Source of the DNA: an uncultured Methanobrevibacter sp.
Lineage (GTDB): Archaea > Methanobacteriota > Methanobacteria > Methanobacteriales > Methanobacteriaceae
Length of the DNA: 36,078 bases
Direction of reading: 5' to 3'
NCBI GenBank assembly: GCA_905235495.1
Contig: CAJOMK010000017.1
Span: 1 to 36,078 of the forward strand
Part shown: in pieces, positions 10,620-22,935 of the stretch
Layout of the letters: each line of letters opens with the position of its first letter
Numbering within the stretch: position 1 is the stretch's first letter
The notes under the pieces: model-generated
Told to the model about the DNA's origin: nothing
Databases searched by the model: none
The model's input: the letters and a program-made list of their open reading frames with translations, nothing else
Made by a program: the position numbers and the translations under genes

Positions 10620-11051
10620 TTATATTTCATCTAAATCTTCTTTGCTTAATAAAGTTGCACCAGCATCATTCAATGCTTTTACGCCTGCTTCATAATCTTC
10701 GATTTTGAAAACAACAATAGCTTCATCAACTTTAGTACTTACAAATGCATAAAGGTATTCAACATTGATGTTTTCTTTTTCAAGAATTTCAAGAAATGTG
10801 TTGAGACCGTTAGGTTCGTCTTTTACTCCTACGACAATCACATCTGTTTCTTTGACAGTGAACTTTTCAGCTTTCAATGCTTCTATTGCACCTTCATTGT
10901 CTGAAACGATTAATCTTAAGATTCCATATTTGGAACTGTCTGCAATGGAAAGCGCTCTAATGTTTACGCCTTTTTGGGATATTGTATTAACAGCTTTTTT
11001 TAGTTTTCCTTCTTTGTTTTCAAGAAATACGGAAAGTTGTTTTACATTCAT
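10620..11051 (-). CDS. Double ACT-domain protein (paaK-associated)
   Basis: QLSVFLENKEG...GVNIRALSIAD...GILRLIV; second ACT with INVEYLYAF. Confidence 0.92.
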   Translation of the reverse strand: MNVKQLSVFLENKEGKLKKAVNTISQKGVNIRALSIADSSKYGILRLIVSDNEGAIEALKAEKFTVKETDVIVVGVKDEPNGLNTFLEILEKENINVEYLYAFVSTKVDEAIVVFKIEDYEAGVKALNDAGATLLSKEDLDEI

Positions 11052-11073
11052 AGTATCATCTCATAATCATTAT

Positions 11074-12375
11074 CTAATCAAAGTTTCTTTCGTCAATCAC
11101 TCTAATAGCTTTTCCTTCACTTCTTGGCAAGGATTCAGGTTCAACAAGGGTCACGTCTACGCCAATTCCAATTGCACTTTGAATCTTTCTAGCTACTTTC
11201 CTTTCAAATTCATCTATCTTTTTCATTTCATCAGAAAATACCTCAGGTGAAGTTTCTACTTTTATTTCAATCTCATCAAGGGTATTAGGTCTTGATACAT
11301 GTATTTGGTAGTTTGCTGTTAAGCCTTCAACCTGTAGAATAGCTTCTTCAATTTGGTATGGGTAAACCATAACTCCTTTGATTTTTAACATGTCGTCACT
11401 TCTACCGGTAATCCTATCCATTCTTACGGTAGTTCTTCCACAAGGACATTCATCTCTTTTAAGAGCAGTTATGTCTTTAGTTCTGAATCTGATGACTGGC
11501 ATTCCTTCCCTTGTAAGGTTAGTCAATACCAATTCTCCTTTTTCATCGTCTCCTAAAACTTCTCCAGTTTCAGAGTTGATGATTTCAGGATAGAAGTGGT
11601 CTTCTTGAATATGTAAACCTGTTTGATATTTACATTCGGTGGACACTCCAGGTCCCATTAATTCAGTAAGTCCATAAATATTGTGTGCGGTGATTCCTAA
11701 TTTTTCTTCTAAGCTGTTTCTCATTTCTTCAGTCCACATTTCGGCTCCGAAGAGTCCTCCTTTTAAGCTGATGTCATCTGCGCTGTATCCTTGTTTTTCA
11801 AGGGATTCAGCTATATACATTGCATATGATGGAGTGCAGGTGAGAATATCGCTTTGGAAATCTTCCATAATCTTCAATTGTCTTGCAGTATTTCCAGAGG
11901 ACATTGGTATTACAGTTGCTCCCATATGTTTTGCACCGTGGTCAATTCCGAATCCTCCAGTAAATAATCCGTATCCGTATGAATTTTGGATCTTTGAGTT
12001 TTTGTCTCCACCAGCCATTGCAATTGCTCTTGCAGTACATTCTCCCCAAATATCTATATCCTTTTGAGTATATCCTGATACAACAGGAGTTCCTGTAGTT
12101 CCAGATGTACTGTGGATTTCTATGATTTCTTCCTCTGGAACTGCGAAAAGTCCAAAAGGATAAGCTTGTCTTAAATCATCTTTAGTTGTAAATGGGATTT
12201 TTTTGACGTCATCAAGAGTCTTTAAATCATCTGGATGAAATCCTGCATCATCAAACTTCTTCTTGTAGAATGGTACGTTTTCATAAACTCTCTTTACTTG
12301 TTCTTGAAGTAGGGCAAGTTGCATTTCTTCTCTTTCTTCCTTGTCCATACATTCTGCTTCTTGATTCCAAATCAT
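11074..12375 (-). CDS. paaK: Phenylacetate (aryl-acetate)-CoA ligase
   Basis: [59 protein letters not shown]. Confidence 0.96.
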   Translation of the reverse strand: MIWNQEAECMDKEEREEMQLALLQEQVKRVYENVPFYKKKFDDAGFHPDDLKTLDDVKKIPFTTKDDLRQAYPFGLFAVPEEEIIEIHSTSGTTGTPVVSGYTQKDIDIWGECTARAIAMAGGDKNSKIQNSYGYGLFTGGFGIDHGAKHMGATVIPMSSGNTARQLKIMEDFQSDILTCTPSYAMYIAESLEKQGYSADDISLKGGLFGAEMWTEEMRNSLEEKLGITAHNIYGLTELMGPGVSTECKYQTGLHIQEDHFYPEIINSETGEVLGDDEKGELVLTNLTREGMPVIRFRTKDITALKRDECPCGRTTVRMDRITGRSDDMLKIKGVMVYPYQIEEAILQVEGLTANYQIHVSRPNTLDEIEIKVETSPEVFSDEMKKIDEFERKVARKIQSAIGIGVDVTLVEPESLPRSEGKAIRVIDERNFD

Positions 12376-12847
12376 ATAATTTCTCCATGATTTTTTAATA
12401 ATGCTTTTGAGCCATATAGTTAAATTTTAATAATTAGTAACAGTATATGATTTATTTCTAATCATTAATAAATATGTTATTCTAAAAAAATCTTTTAATT
12501 GTCTAAATTGTATATTTTTTGTACATTTGTGGAATTTTGTTTTTTATTTTTTAATTAATTCCTTTTTATTTATTCATTAACCATATTAATACTTAATTAA
12601 GTTTTTTATTAAATTATTTCAATTCTAAAAAAATTTATATATAATTTTATTTAAAAATTAAAGTGAAAATGATTGTATTTAATATAGCTAATATTTTGCT
12701 AATATGTTCTAAAAATGAAAAAATTTTGTCAGATTATTTAATAAGTTATAATTTTAAGCAAGATTTTTTTTTTGGATTGTGTGATTTAGAATAAAATTTT
12801 TATTTAAAATCATTTTTTAATATTAATTTTAGTTTAGAGGTCTTTAA

Positions 12848-14500
12848 ATGGATTATTTTTTACTAGAGATTGTTTTTATTATTTACTTCCTTATGGTAGG
12901 TTACGTAGGTTACTTAGCATGGAAAAGAACCAATTCCTCTGAAGACTTCATGGTTGCAGGTAGAAATACTCACCCTTACATCATGGCATTGAGTTATGGT
13001 GCTACATTCATTTCAACAGCAGCTATTGTGGGTTTTGGAGGAGTTGCAGGTAAATATGGTATGGGAATACTATGGCTTTCATTCTTGAATATTCTCGTTG
13101 GAATATTCATTGCATTCGTATTCTTCGGTAAAAGAACTCGTAAAATAGGTAAAAATCTTGGTTCACTTACATTCCCTGAGTTTTTAGGCCGTAGATTTGA
13201 TAGTAAATTCCTACAATTTTTCAGTGGAGTTTTAATCTTCTGTGCTATGTCGATCTATGCGGCAGTAGTGCTTATCGGTGTAGCAAGATTTATGGAATCT
13301 TCCTTAATGTTGAATTTCAATGTAGCTCTTTTAGTTCTTGCAATTGTAATTTGCGGCTACGTGCTTTTCGGTGGATTAAAAGGGGTTATGTATACTGATG
13401 CATTGCAAGGAAGTATCATGTTTATTGGGATGTTGATTTTACTTGTATTCATTTACTGGGTATTAGGTGGTGTAACTGAAGCGAACACCGCTTTAACCAA
13501 TATGGCACATTTATATCCTCCAGATGCTCTGGCTGAAGGAGGTACCGGTTGGACAAGTTTCCCTAAATTTCCAAGTCCGTTCTGGTGGTCACTTGTAACC
13601 ACTACCATTATGGGAGTGGGTATCGGTGCATTGGCTCAACCTCAGCTTGCAGTAAGATTCATGACAGTAAAATCTGACAAAGAAGTGCACAGATCACTTT
13701 TAATCGGTTCTATATTCATCTTTGTAATGACTGGAAGTGCTTATGTTGTAGGATCATTAAGTAATGTTTACTTCTATCAGAACTTTGGGCAGATAGCTAT
13801 TGATTTTGTTGGAGGAAACATGGACTCAATCATTCCAACATTCATTTCAACTGCACTTCCTGAATGGTTTGTATATATCTTCTTGCTTTCACTTCTTGCA
13901 GCGGCTATGTCTACATTATCCTCACAGTATCACACTCAAGGTACTGCATTAGGACACGATATTGCAGATGCATTTAAGTATAGGGGGAATACTGAAGGAT
14001 TCACTGATGAGGAACTTAAAACAAGTGCTACAACTAGAGAAACTAAAATTGGATTTATTTCCATAAGTCAATTAGGTATTTTGATTGCCGTAGTATTATC
14101 ATTGATTATAGGTTTATCATTACCTGGAAGTATTGTTGCATTAGGTACCTCCTTATTTATGGGATTATGTGCAGCAGCATTTTTGCCGGTTTACTGTGCT
14201 GCTTTATTCTGGAAAAGAGCTACAAAACAAGGAGTTCTTGCAGGATTCTTCGCAGGAACTTTAGCAAGCTTGTTCTTGCTTGTATTCGTATTCAAGAAAA
14301 CTGCAATAGGATTAGGTATTTGTAAATTTATTTTCGGTGTAGATATGTTAATAAATACTATGCCATGGTATAACATTGACGTAATGATATTTGCAATCCC
14401 AGTTTCTGCAATAGTTTTAATAGTTGTAAGTTTATTAACACAACCTATGGATGAGAAAATTCTTAACAGGTCTTTCAAAGAACCTGATGGTGGTAAATAG
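12848..14500 (+). CDS. Sodium:solute symporter (SSS family)
   Basis: EDFMVAGR, SYGATFISTAAIVGFGG, GGLKGVMYTDALQG, AQPQLAVRF, AAAMSTLSS. Confidence 0.95.
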   Translation: MDYFLLEIVFIIYFLMVGYVGYLAWKRTNSSEDFMVAGRNTHPYIMALSYGATFISTAAIVGFGGVAGKYGMGILWLSFLNILVGIFIAFVFFGKRTRKIGKNLGSLTFPEFLGRRFDSKFLQFFSGVLIFCAMSIYAAVVLIGVARFMESSLMLNFNVALLVLAIVICGYVLFGGLKGVMYTDALQGSIMFIGMLILLVFIYWVLGGVTEANTALTNMAHLYPPDALAEGGTGWTSFPKFPSPFWWSLVTTTIMGVGIGALAQPQLAVRFMTVKSDKEVHRSLLIGSIFIFVMTGSAYVVGSLSNVYFYQNFGQIAIDFVGGNMDSIIPTFISTALPEWFVYIFLLSLLAAAMSTLSSQYHTQGTALGHDIADAFKYRGNTEGFTDEELKTSATTRETKIGFISISQLGILIAVVLSLIIGLSLPGSIVALGTSLFMGLCAAAFLPVYCAALFWKRATKQGVLAGFFAGTLASLFLLVFVFKKTAIGLGICKFIFGVDMLINTMPWYNIDVMIFAIPVSAIVLIVVSLLTQPMDEKILNRSFKEPDGGK

Positions 14501-14508
14501 GTGATATC

Positions 14509-14622
14509 ATGATGATTTTAGGAATAGAAGATCCATGGATTTGGAGTGTATACATTCTTATGATTGCAATAACTCTTATTTGTGTTATTTATGGTGGAGT
14601 CAATTGGAATAAAGGAGATTAA
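14509..14622 (+). CDS. Symporter small accessory membrane protein (37 aa)
   Basis: MMILGIEDPWIWSVYILMIAITLICVIYGGVNWNKGD*; AGGTGAT RBS overlapping the SSS stop; LGIxDP..IW..Y...C..YG..NWN pattern of SSS-associated peptides; not in ORF track. Confidence 0.9.
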   Translation: MMILGIEDPWIWSVYILMIAITLICVIYGGVNWNKGD

Positions 14623-14942
14623 TCTCTTTTATTTTTCTCTTTTTTTATTTATTTCTCTATTTTATTCTATTTTTATCCTATTTTTTCCTATTTTTATTCT
14701 ATTTTATTCTTTTTATTCTTTTTAATTTTTTAATCTATTTTATCTATTTATCTTCTTTTTCGTTTTGTTATAATTTTCTAAAAGTTTTTCCTCTTTAAAA
14801 TTCTTATTTTAAAATTTTTACAAAATATTTATTAATTGATTTAAATAAAAAGAATATTAATTAATTATAAAATCTTATTAAAGAGAATGGAATTGATAAA
14901 ATAATTAAGTAATACTCTAAGATTATTTAGGTGATGTTATTT

Positions 14943-15227
14943 ATGAGAATAGTTAAAGAGTTAGTTGGTAAAGAAGTGTTAGGCAATGATGTAATGATTA
15001 TGGGTAAAGTTGTAGATGTTGATTTTGATTTCGATGAAGAAAAGGTTGAATCCATAATTGTCAGCAAAGGAGGAATTCAAGAAACTTTAAACATCAGCAA
15101 AAGTGCATTGGTAATTCCTTTGGATATGGTTCATAAAATTGGTGATAAGATAATCTTAAAAGATGCCTTTGATAAAGATTTCTCTCAATTGGAAGAGGAA
15201 ATTGAAGATTTAAAAAGCAGATTATAA
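14943..15227 (+). CDS. PRC-barrel domain protein
   Basis: ELVGKEV...MGKVVDVDFD...IP.D.V.KIGDKIIL; AGGTGATG RBS. Confidence 0.9.
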   Translation: MRIVKELVGKEVLGNDVMIMGKVVDVDFDFDEEKVESIIVSKGGIQETLNISKSALVIPLDMVHKIGDKIILKDAFDKDFSQLEEEIEDLKSRL

Positions 15228-15269
15228 TTTTTTAACAAATAATGTATAATCTATAAATGGTTTGATAAA

Positions 15270-15794
15270 ATGGTTTCAAAAGAATATCTTATAGAAATAT
15301 TGAAAGAGAATAAAGTATTTGAAGAAGGTGAATTCACACTTGCTTCAGGTAAAAAAAGTAATTATTATGTTAACATGAAAAGAGCTATTACAGAACCTGA
15401 AATATTATCTACAATAGCTCAATTAATCACTGAAAAAATTGATGATGACATTGACAAGATTGCAGGCCCTGCTTTAGGTGCTGTTCCTATCGCAACTGCA
15501 GTTTCACTTGAATCAAATAAGCCTATCCTTATGATTAGAAAGGAGAAAAAAGGTTACGGAACTTCCAATTTGATTGAAGGAAATTTGATTGAAGGGGATA
15601 ATGTAATTCTTGTTGAAGATGTTACAACAACTGGCGGTTCACTATTAAAAGCAATTAATGCAATAGTTGATAATGGTGGAGTAGTTAAAAAAGCATTTGT
15701 TGTTGTGGACAGAGAAGAAGGTGCAATGGAGACCTTCGCAAATGAAGGAATCACACTTGAACCTTTAATTTCCGTAAGCGAATTTTTTGAATAA
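15270..15794 (+). CDS. pyrE: Orotate phosphoribosyltransferase
   Basis: [35 protein letters not shown] loop, VVDREEG. Confidence 0.98.
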   Translation: MVSKEYLIEILKENKVFEEGEFTLASGKKSNYYVNMKRAITEPEILSTIAQLITEKIDDDIDKIAGPALGAVPIATAVSLESNKPILMIRKEKKGYGTSNLIEGNLIEGDNVILVEDVTTTGGSLLKAINAIVDNGGVVKKAFVVVDREEGAMETFANEGITLEPLISVSEFFE

Positions 15795-15935
15795 TTGATT
15801 TTAAAAAAGAATCTAAATTCCTTTAAGAAATAGTTAATCTATTTCTTGGATTTTTTTTTTATTTTTATTAATTTATTTCCATTTTTTGTTAATTTTTCAT
15901 TTAATACAATTTTATTTCATTTTAATTATTATCTA

Positions 15936-16454
15936 TTATTTTGTTGCATGCTTTTTTAAATGACCTAATTCATCAATGATGATTCCTAAACCAGTTTTTA
16001 CAGCATTAGGGGATCCAGGCATTGCAAATATCATGGTTTTTCTATAGATTCCTGCAGTTGCTCTTGATAAAAGAGATCCTGCACCTAATTCCTCATATGA
16101 AATTGCTCTGAATATTTCTCCAAATCCTTTAATTTCCTTTTCAAAAAGAGGTTCAATTGTTTCAATGGTAATGTCTCTGGATTCAAGACCTGTTCCTCCA
16201 GTTGTAATGATGACTTCCACTCCAGAACCGATCATTTCTTCAATGGTGTTTCTTAAGGTGTCCATTTCATCAGGAATAATTGCATAAGCAGCCACATCGT
16301 ATTTTTTAGCTAATTCCTCTTTCAAGTATTTTCCTGACAAGTCTTTTTCTTCTCCTTCCTTATCATTTGAAAATCTGTCACTAAGTGTTATTACTCCGCA
16401 GGATACTTTTATGGGTGCTTTCTTTTTATGTAATTCCATTGTTTCACTTTTCAT
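15936..16454 (-). CDS. moaB: Molybdenum cofactor biosynthesis protein MoaB/MogA
   Basis: ITLSD, TTGGTG...RDIT.E, GFGEIFR, SRATAG, PGSPNAV. Confidence 0.93.
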   Translation of the reverse strand: MKSETMELHKKKAPIKVSCGVITLSDRFSNDKEGEEKDLSGKYLKEELAKKYDVAAYAIIPDEMDTLRNTIEEMIGSGVEVIITTGGTGLESRDITIETIEPLFEKEIKGFGEIFRAISYEELGAGSLLSRATAGIYRKTMIFAMPGSPNAVKTGLGIIIDELGHLKKHATK

Positions 16455-16617
16455 AAAATAACCTCATTTTTTCTAAATTATTTAAATAAATTTTTATTTA
16501 ATTTTTATTTTTCTTTGTTGTTTTAATATTAAACATACCTTTTATAAATATTTAATTTAAGGTATTACTCAAAATAATATCATTAAGTTTATTTATTTAA
16601 AATATAAATATATTTTT

Positions 16618-17127
16618 ATGAATGATTTATATTATGTCTTAGATGCTTCAGCATTTATAAATGGTTTTGAACCTAAAAGTCAATTTAATTTCACTGTTCC
16701 AGAAATAACTGATGAAGTTAAAGACTTAAAATCTAAGATATTATTGAATCAAGCAATTGAAGAAGGAAAAATTATAATTAAAGAGCCAAATCAAGAATTT
16801 GTTGATGAATTGGATGAAATCATTTCCAAATCTGGAGATGATTTGTGCTTGTCTTATGCAGATAAGAAATTATTGGCTTTGGTTTTAGAATTATTAAATG
16901 ATAAGAATACTGGTATTAAGGTTTTAACCGACGATTATTCAATGCAAAATGTTTTAAAGATACTGAATATTACTTATGACAGTATAATAACTGAAGGCAT
17001 TAAAGGAGTTTATAATTGGGTTAAGACTTGTGAAGGATGTAAAAAGGAATTTGATGCAGATTATCCTTTTGATGATTGTGAAATCTGCGGATCTAAAGTA
17101 TTCAAGAGAAGAATAAAAACATATTAA
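16618..17127 (+). CDS. nob1: NOB1-family PIN endonuclease with Zn ribbon
   Basis: VLDASAFI, LSYAD, LTDDYSMQNV, CEGC...CEICG. Confidence 0.92.
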   Translation: MNDLYYVLDASAFINGFEPKSQFNFTVPEITDEVKDLKSKILLNQAIEEGKIIIKEPNQEFVDELDEIISKSGDDLCLSYADKKLLALVLELLNDKNTGIKVLTDDYSMQNVLKILNITYDSIITEGIKGVYNWVKTCEGCKKEFDADYPFDDCEICGSKVFKRRIKTY

Positions 17128-17203
17128 AATAGGATTTTAATTGGGGAATGAATTTTTTAACCTATTTTGCTGTTAAATTATAATACTATATATGGTGTGG
17201 CAT

Positions 17204-19075
17204 ATGGAAATTGGTGTGGTTGTACATGGTCCGGGAATCGTTGATTCAGGTTGGGCCAAGAAAATCATTGACATGTTATCTGGTTTTGGAAATGTCCGTT
17301 GTCGCTTAGGAGGAACAATGGGCAGAACTGCAGTAATTGATGCAGGTTTAGAGGATACTATAAATATCTCATTAAAATTATTACCTAGCCAATCATTGGA
17401 GCTTTTCAATAGGGAACATGCAGATGTTATTTTCCTATTGAATTATGGTAAATCTGCTGAAACTGGAAGAGTTTTCGGATATAAAGTATTCCTACATTAT
17501 TTTAAACAACTTTCCAATGAGGATTACTTGGCTACAAATCATAAATCCTTATATGAGTTAAGCATTCCTGTTATTCAAATAGAAAGGCCTGGTGAACCTG
17601 ATGGTTCAATCATAAGTTGGAATGTTACATTGAATGAAAAGTTGGCTAAAAGTAAAAAAAGCACAAGAGATATGTTAGGTTTAGACAAAAAGAATATGGT
17701 AGATTCTCTTACCTTTAATTTTGAGGAATTGTTTGATGGCTTAAAGGCAGCTTTGGATTTAACTGAAATCGCACCAGAAGATGTTGTTTCCCAATATTTG
17801 TCAAATAATCAGGAAAGAGAGGATGAACAATCCATTGAAAATCTATTGGAGTCTTATGAGGATTATGAAACCAGCCATTATACTTATCGTAAAATCCATG
17901 GAATCAGCGAAGGAGAGAATATTTTTATAAACGGAATAGTTGTTGGTCGTTGTGAAGCAGATTCCATTGTTCTTATTGCTCGTAATGGTATCTTAGTGGA
18001 TATTCTTAATGCCACCATGAAATATCATGGTGTGGAGAAGTTAGGTTCTGTTGATTTGGAAAGAGTGATTGTCAAAACAGGACTTTTAAGAAAATCTGGA
18101 GATGTAAATCCGCGTGTCATATCTAAAGATGATGTTTCAATAAGCGATACTGAAAGGGTATTATATTCTGAAGAGATTTCTGAAGATGACAACTCATTTA
18201 AGGTGGCTTATGTTGATCATGCTGCTTATGACATATTCAAATTCAAGGACTTTGATTTGGTAGTTACAGTAGGTGATGACACGCCTCTGATATCTTGCAC
18301 CGTTTCAATATCCCAATCATAGGAATTACAGATGGCGTTTTGGATAAGGTTGTTGAAAGAGGATTTATCAATGAAAGATCAACAATTTTGGAAGTCACTA
18401 CAGGATTCGATGATATTGTAGGTCAATATATCCATGAAGAGGTTTTCTTTTCCAAAGACGCTTTGGAAATTCCATTTGATGAGGGAACGGGGTCTGTAGA
18501 GGAATTCAAGACATCCACGCTTAAGGTATTCAAATCTCGTGTATTGGAAAAAGCAACAGAAGTCGTTCCAAGTTTTGTTGAGAAAGATTATAATTATAAT
18601 GTAATCAATTCCTATCATGCAGTAGTTGATGAAAATCCTCAATTGGAGGATAACTTGGATGATTTTATAGATGGATTTGACTCTGAAAATTATGATATTG
18701 AGGAAGAGATTTACTTTGAAGAGGAATATGATGATGAATATGGTGATGAGTATCTTGAAGATGAAATCTATTATGATGAAGTTCCTGTTGAAGAATCTGA
18801 AATTGATGCCCCTATAGAGAAAAGATATATGTGGAGAATGATGTTGTAGACTCTCCTGTTGAGGAGATTTATGTAGAAGATGATGTTGAAGAAATTGTCT
18901 ATGAAGATGTTCTATTGTAGAGGTTTATCTTGATGAAGGAGTAGAAGATTTGTCTTCTGAAGAGTCAATTGAAGAGGAAACTCAAGAGGAAATCGAAGAA
19001 GATGATGGATGGGCAGAATATATAGAAGAGGAATTTGGAGATTCTGAAGATGATTCAAATGATTCAAAAGAATAG
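17204..19075 (+). pseudogene. DUF2117-like protein with long acidic tail, frameshifted
   Basis: IGVVVHGP.IVDSG, LGGTMGRTAVIDAGLE, LLNYGKS, VTVGDDT then frame break near 18285 (continues ASDILHRFNIPIIGITDG in another frame); more breaks near 18820 and 18910; D/E-rich tail ends at TAG 19075. Confidence 0.8.
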
Positions 19076-19165
19076 ATTAATCTTCTAAAAGATTTATTAT
19101 TAAGAATTATTTATAATTTTTAATTAATTTTTTATTATTTATTTTTATTTTATTTGTAAGGTGTA

Positions 19166-20149
19166 ATGATGGATTTTAATGAACTTGTTAAATCACTCCA
19201 AGAATTTGTAGGAGTCAGCCGTAAGAATTCTATTGAAAAGGTTACAAAAACTTTGGAAGAAGTCTATAATATTTCTGGCGAAGTCCTCCTCGATTTTGGA
19301 GATGATGCTTCAGCTATTGATATTGGAAATAATCAAGTAATATTGTTGGCTGCTGATGGGATTTGGGGTCAATTGATGAGTGTAAATCCTTATTGGGCAG
19401 GTTATTGTTCTGTACTTGTAAACGTTAATGACATAGCTGCAATGGGTGGAAAACCGATAGCTATGGTAAATACAATGTCTATCAATGATGATGAGATATA
19501 TGCTGATCTTCTTCAAGGTATTGTTGATGGATGCAAGAAATTCAAGGTTCCTATGGTTGGAGGACATCTGCACCCTGATGCTGAAGTCAATTCATTGGAT
19601 GTTGCAATTGCAGGAATTGCAAAAAAGGATTCATTGATTACATCTGCAGGTGCAAGCATTGGAGATAAGGTGCTTGTAGCTATTGATACTGATGGTAGAC
19701 AACATCCTCAATTTGCTCTAAACTGGGATACAACATATGAAAAGGATGAGAAATTGGTCCAAGATCAGATAATTGCTATGCAGGAAATTGCAGAAGCTTA
19801 TTTACCTACAGCTGGAAAGGATATCAGTAATCCTGGAACACTTGGTACTTTAGAAATGCTCCTTGAGGCATCAGGTGTTGGAGCTTGCGTTTCTCTTGAG
19901 AAGATTCCAAGAAATCCGAATGTAGAATGGGTAGATTGGCTTAGGGCTTATCCTGGAGCGGCTTTTGTTTTAACTGCAAAGGAAGAGAATTGTCAAAAAA
20001 TCATCGATACATTAAGCCCATATTCATTTGAAGTTGCTGTCGTTGGAGATGTAATTGAAGAAAAAGTGTTATATTTAGAATATGGTGATGAAAAGGCAGT
20101 TTTATTCTCTCAAAAAGACAATCCCGTTTTAGTGATGGATGAAAAATAA
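19166..20149 (+). CDS. mmp2: Methanogenesis marker protein 2 (AIR synthase/PurM-like fold)
   Basis: [48 protein letters not shown]. Confidence 0.93.
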   Translation: MMDFNELVKSLQEFVGVSRKNSIEKVTKTLEEVYNISGEVLLDFGDDASAIDIGNNQVILLAADGIWGQLMSVNPYWAGYCSVLVNVNDIAAMGGKPIAMVNTMSINDDEIYADLLQGIVDGCKKFKVPMVGGHLHPDAEVNSLDVAIAGIAKKDSLITSAGASIGDKVLVAIDTDGRQHPQFALNWDTTYEKDEKLVQDQIIAMQEIAEAYLPTAGKDISNPGTLGTLEMLLEASGVGACVSLEKIPRNPNVEWVDWLRAYPGAAFVLTAKEENCQKIIDTLSPYSFEVAVVGDVIEEKVLYLEYGDEKAVLFSQKDNPVLVMDEK

Positions 20150-20301
20150 TCTTTTTTCAACATCAATCTTTAATTTCCTTATTTTATTTTTCTATTTTAG
20201 CTATTTTTTAGGTAATATTTTGTCTAATCTTGAGAATTTTTTTAAATTTAAATTATATTAATATTAAATCACATATATATCAATATTTAAAGGGGAATAT
20301 T

Positions 20302-20552
20302 ATGATTAAACTGATTAGACCATTACGAAAAAGGTTAAGCAGCATATTATTGGTTCTTGCTTTATTAATAGTAAATGCACTTTGTAGTTTAGCATTGCCC
20401 AATATACTGCAAAAATTGTTGATAGTGGTACTCAAAATCTTGATATGGGCTATATTATAAATACTGGCTTCATTATGCTTATGGTAGTTTTGATATCTGT
20501 AATCACAACAATAATCATTTCCTTTTTATCTAGCAGGATCTCATCTGCTTAA
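20302..20552 (+). pseudogene. N-terminal remnant of an ABC exporter (TM domain), frameshifted and truncated
   Basis: MIKLIRPLRK...CSLALP / QYTAKIVDSG...MGYIINTGFIMLMVVLISVITTIIISFLSSRISSA*; matches the start of fused ABC exporters, rest absent. Confidence 0.75.
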
Positions 20553-20826
20553 CTATTTTCTATTTTTCTTTTTTCATTTAATTTCTTATTTTAGTTTTAT
20601 TTTTTTTAGTTAATTCTTTAATGAATCCCCTATTATTTTTAAAACTTTTTTAAAAGAAAATTATTATCCATTGCTCTTTTTTTATTATTATAAATTTATT
20701 TAAAAACTATTTTATATTATTAAAAATATACATATATTTAAAATATGGGATATTTTTTAAATTTAAAATGCCCTATTTTATAATTGCAATTGATGATTAT
20801 TATTTTATAAATAAAGAGGCAAGCCT

Positions 20827-22380
20827 ATGCTAATAAAGATTAATGGAGAAGATGTGGATATTTCTGAAGGTTCTACCATAAAGGATGCAATTGAAATTTC
20901 AAATGCACCTTATAAGAAAGGCGGTATCGTTTGTCTTATTAAGGGAGAAAGTGAAATACAAAGTAACATTCTTAAATATAAGATTAAAACACCTAAGGGA
21001 AGTATTCTCATTGAATTGGAAGTTTCTGAAAAATCAAAACCTTTAACTGATTTCTTCAAGGAAAACTATTCTCAGTTTATCTCTAATAATGTTCGTTGGG
21101 AAACATCTAATGAAGTAGCTATTGGTCCTGTAAGCTCTAATTTTGAACCGTCACATGACGAATTTGCATATTTCGACAATGAGGTTCTAATTAGTCTATC
21201 CGGTTTTTCAAATGATGCTACTCACATAATTTTTGTCAAAGATGACCACAAAAATGTTTATGGTGTTCCAAAATACAGTGATCGTGGAGTCTTTGCAAGG
21301 GTTATAGGTGGAAGAAAAACATTATTCTCATTAACTGATGATGATGAAATCCTAGCCATTGAACCTGTTATTGAGCGCAGTACCGTTAAGGACAGTACTG
21401 GAGGTTCCAATTTGGATGAACTTTTAGAGGAAGGAAATCAATTATTCACTTATGTTCTTTTTGAACCTAACTTTAATTCTCCTAAATCAGTTGAACACTT
21501 ATTTTCGCTCATTAGGAATGATAAGATTGAAGTCAGCTTTGAATCCAACTCATTTGTAGGATTCTATGAATTGACTGGTTTGACTAAAGAGAAGGAAGAA
21601 ATTACAGAACGTAAAAGAGGAACAGTTACCTTGAGAAACGATGGAGTCGGTAAAGGTAGAGTTTATATTTATAGAGAAGACAGAGTAAGAGCTGAAACCC
21701 ACACTAATTTAGCTACTGTCAAGCAGGGTATGGAATTGTTTGACATAGCGAAAGAGGGAGATTTCATCACCGTTAGATGCAGTCCTGATAGAATCATGCT
21801 TATGATGATGACTCAAAAAGATGCGGAAGAAAAACTTCAAGCATTAGACATCAAGCATATAAGAACAGGAAATGAGGATGACGATGCAATTGTCGTAACT
21901 CAAGAACCTGAAAGCACTGTCAGTATTCTTGAAGCGGGAGAAGTAACCACATTCGGTCTTGCAAGTGATGAACTCTTGAAAGTCAAATTGACCGATAATG
22001 CTCCAAGAACCAGATGGTATTTGGAAAAAATCACTGGTCTTGCAGAAAAACCTGTTGGAACATTGAAGGTTTACTTTGCAGTGCCTGACATGAATATGTT
22101 TATGTTCAATGGTGACAATGAGGAATCCAAGGGACTTATCCCTGAAAACAATCCAACTGATATGATGAAAGCTGGAGAGATAGGTGTAACAAACATGTCC
22201 AAGAAGAATGTGGGACTTGTTGGTGTAAGAACCATTGACACCACTGACTTTGGACCTACAGGTGAACCGTTCTCAGCTACTAATGTTGTTGGTGAAGTTG
22301 TTGGAAACATTGAAGGCTTGAATAAGCTTAAAGACGGAAGCACTCTTTATATTCATGAAGTTTACGAGGATGATGATTAG
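20827..22380 (+). CDS. mmp3: Methanogenesis marker protein 3 (cyclophilin-like domains)
   Basis: N-terminal ubiquitin-like segment, NVRW...[49 protein letters not shown]. Confidence 0.93.
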   Translation: MLIKINGEDVDISEGSTIKDAIEISNAPYKKGGIVCLIKGESEIQSNILKYKIKTPKGSILIELEVSEKSKPLTDFFKENYSQFISNNVRWETSNEVAIGPVSSNFEPSHDEFAYFDNEVLISLSGFSNDATHIIFVKDDHKNVYGVPKYSDRGVFARVIGGRKTLFSLTDDDEILAIEPVIERSTVKDSTGGSNLDELLEEGNQLFTYVLFEPNFNSPKSVEHLFSLIRNDKIEVSFESNSFVGFYELTGLTKEKEEITERKRGTVTLRNDGVGKGRVYIYREDRVRAETHTNLATVKQGMELFDIAKEGDFITVRCSPDRIMLMMMTQKDAEEKLQALDIKHIRTGNEDDDAIVVTQEPESTVSILEAGEVTTFGLASDELLKVKLTDNAPRTRWYLEKITGLAEKPVGTLKVYFAVPDMNMFMFNGDNEESKGLIPENNPTDMMKAGEIGVTNMSKKNVGLVGVRTIDTTDFGPTGEPFSATNVVGEVVGNIEGLNKLKDGSTLYIHEVYEDDD

Positions 22381-22391
22381 GAGGAATTATT

Positions 22392-22868
22392 ATGCCTGCA
22401 AATTTATGTATAACTCCAGATTTAGGTAAAGAGGATATGGATCCTGAAGTTTCAACAAGGATGATTATCTTAAGTTCCAAGGCAAATGTGAGTGAAAGTG
22501 AAGTTGTAAATTTCTTGCACATGTTAAATTTGCCTATTACAATTAAATGGACTTGTTATGGAGCTATGATTAGTGGAAAAGATGAATATGTTAGAGAAGC
22601 TATTCGTGAACTCCGTAAATTAGACCATTATGGAATTTTTACAAAGGAAAGAGGTTTTGCTCCAGGTGACCCGAGAAGATGCAGAGGTCACCGATATGGG
22701 CCAAGGGAAGGTTTCCACCAAATGGAGAAGGAATTCAGAATTCTCGATTATGTTGGTGAAGCTTTAAAGAACCCAAGAGAAGTGGAAATAGAAAAAAAGG
22801 AACCTGTTTCTGTTGATTACTTCAAAGAGATTTTAGAAGAAGAAAATAAAAAAGAGGATGATAAATAA
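22392..22868 (+). CDS. mmp6: Methanogenesis marker protein 6
   Basis: [36 protein letters not shown]. Confidence 0.93.
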   Translation: MPANLCITPDLGKEDMDPEVSTRMIILSSKANVSESEVVNFLHMLNLPITIKWTCYGAMISGKDEYVREAIRELRKLDHYGIFTKERGFAPGDPRRCRGHRYGPREGFHQMEKEFRILDYVGEALKNPREVEIEKKEPVSVDYFKEILEEENKKEDDK

Positions 22869-22935
22869 TAAGAAAACTTTTTAAATGGGATGTTTGCAAA
22901 AAGTTTTCTTTGATTATATTAAGAGGATTGGTATT

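Noticed and set aside
9397-12067. Plus-strand ORFs of up to 213 aa opposite the DAACS, ACT and paaK genes
   Set aside because: Antisense shadows of well-identified genes
16618-17127. VapC toxin of a TA pair
   Set aside because: C-terminal Zn ribbon and TDDY motif fit NOB1; no antitoxin upstream
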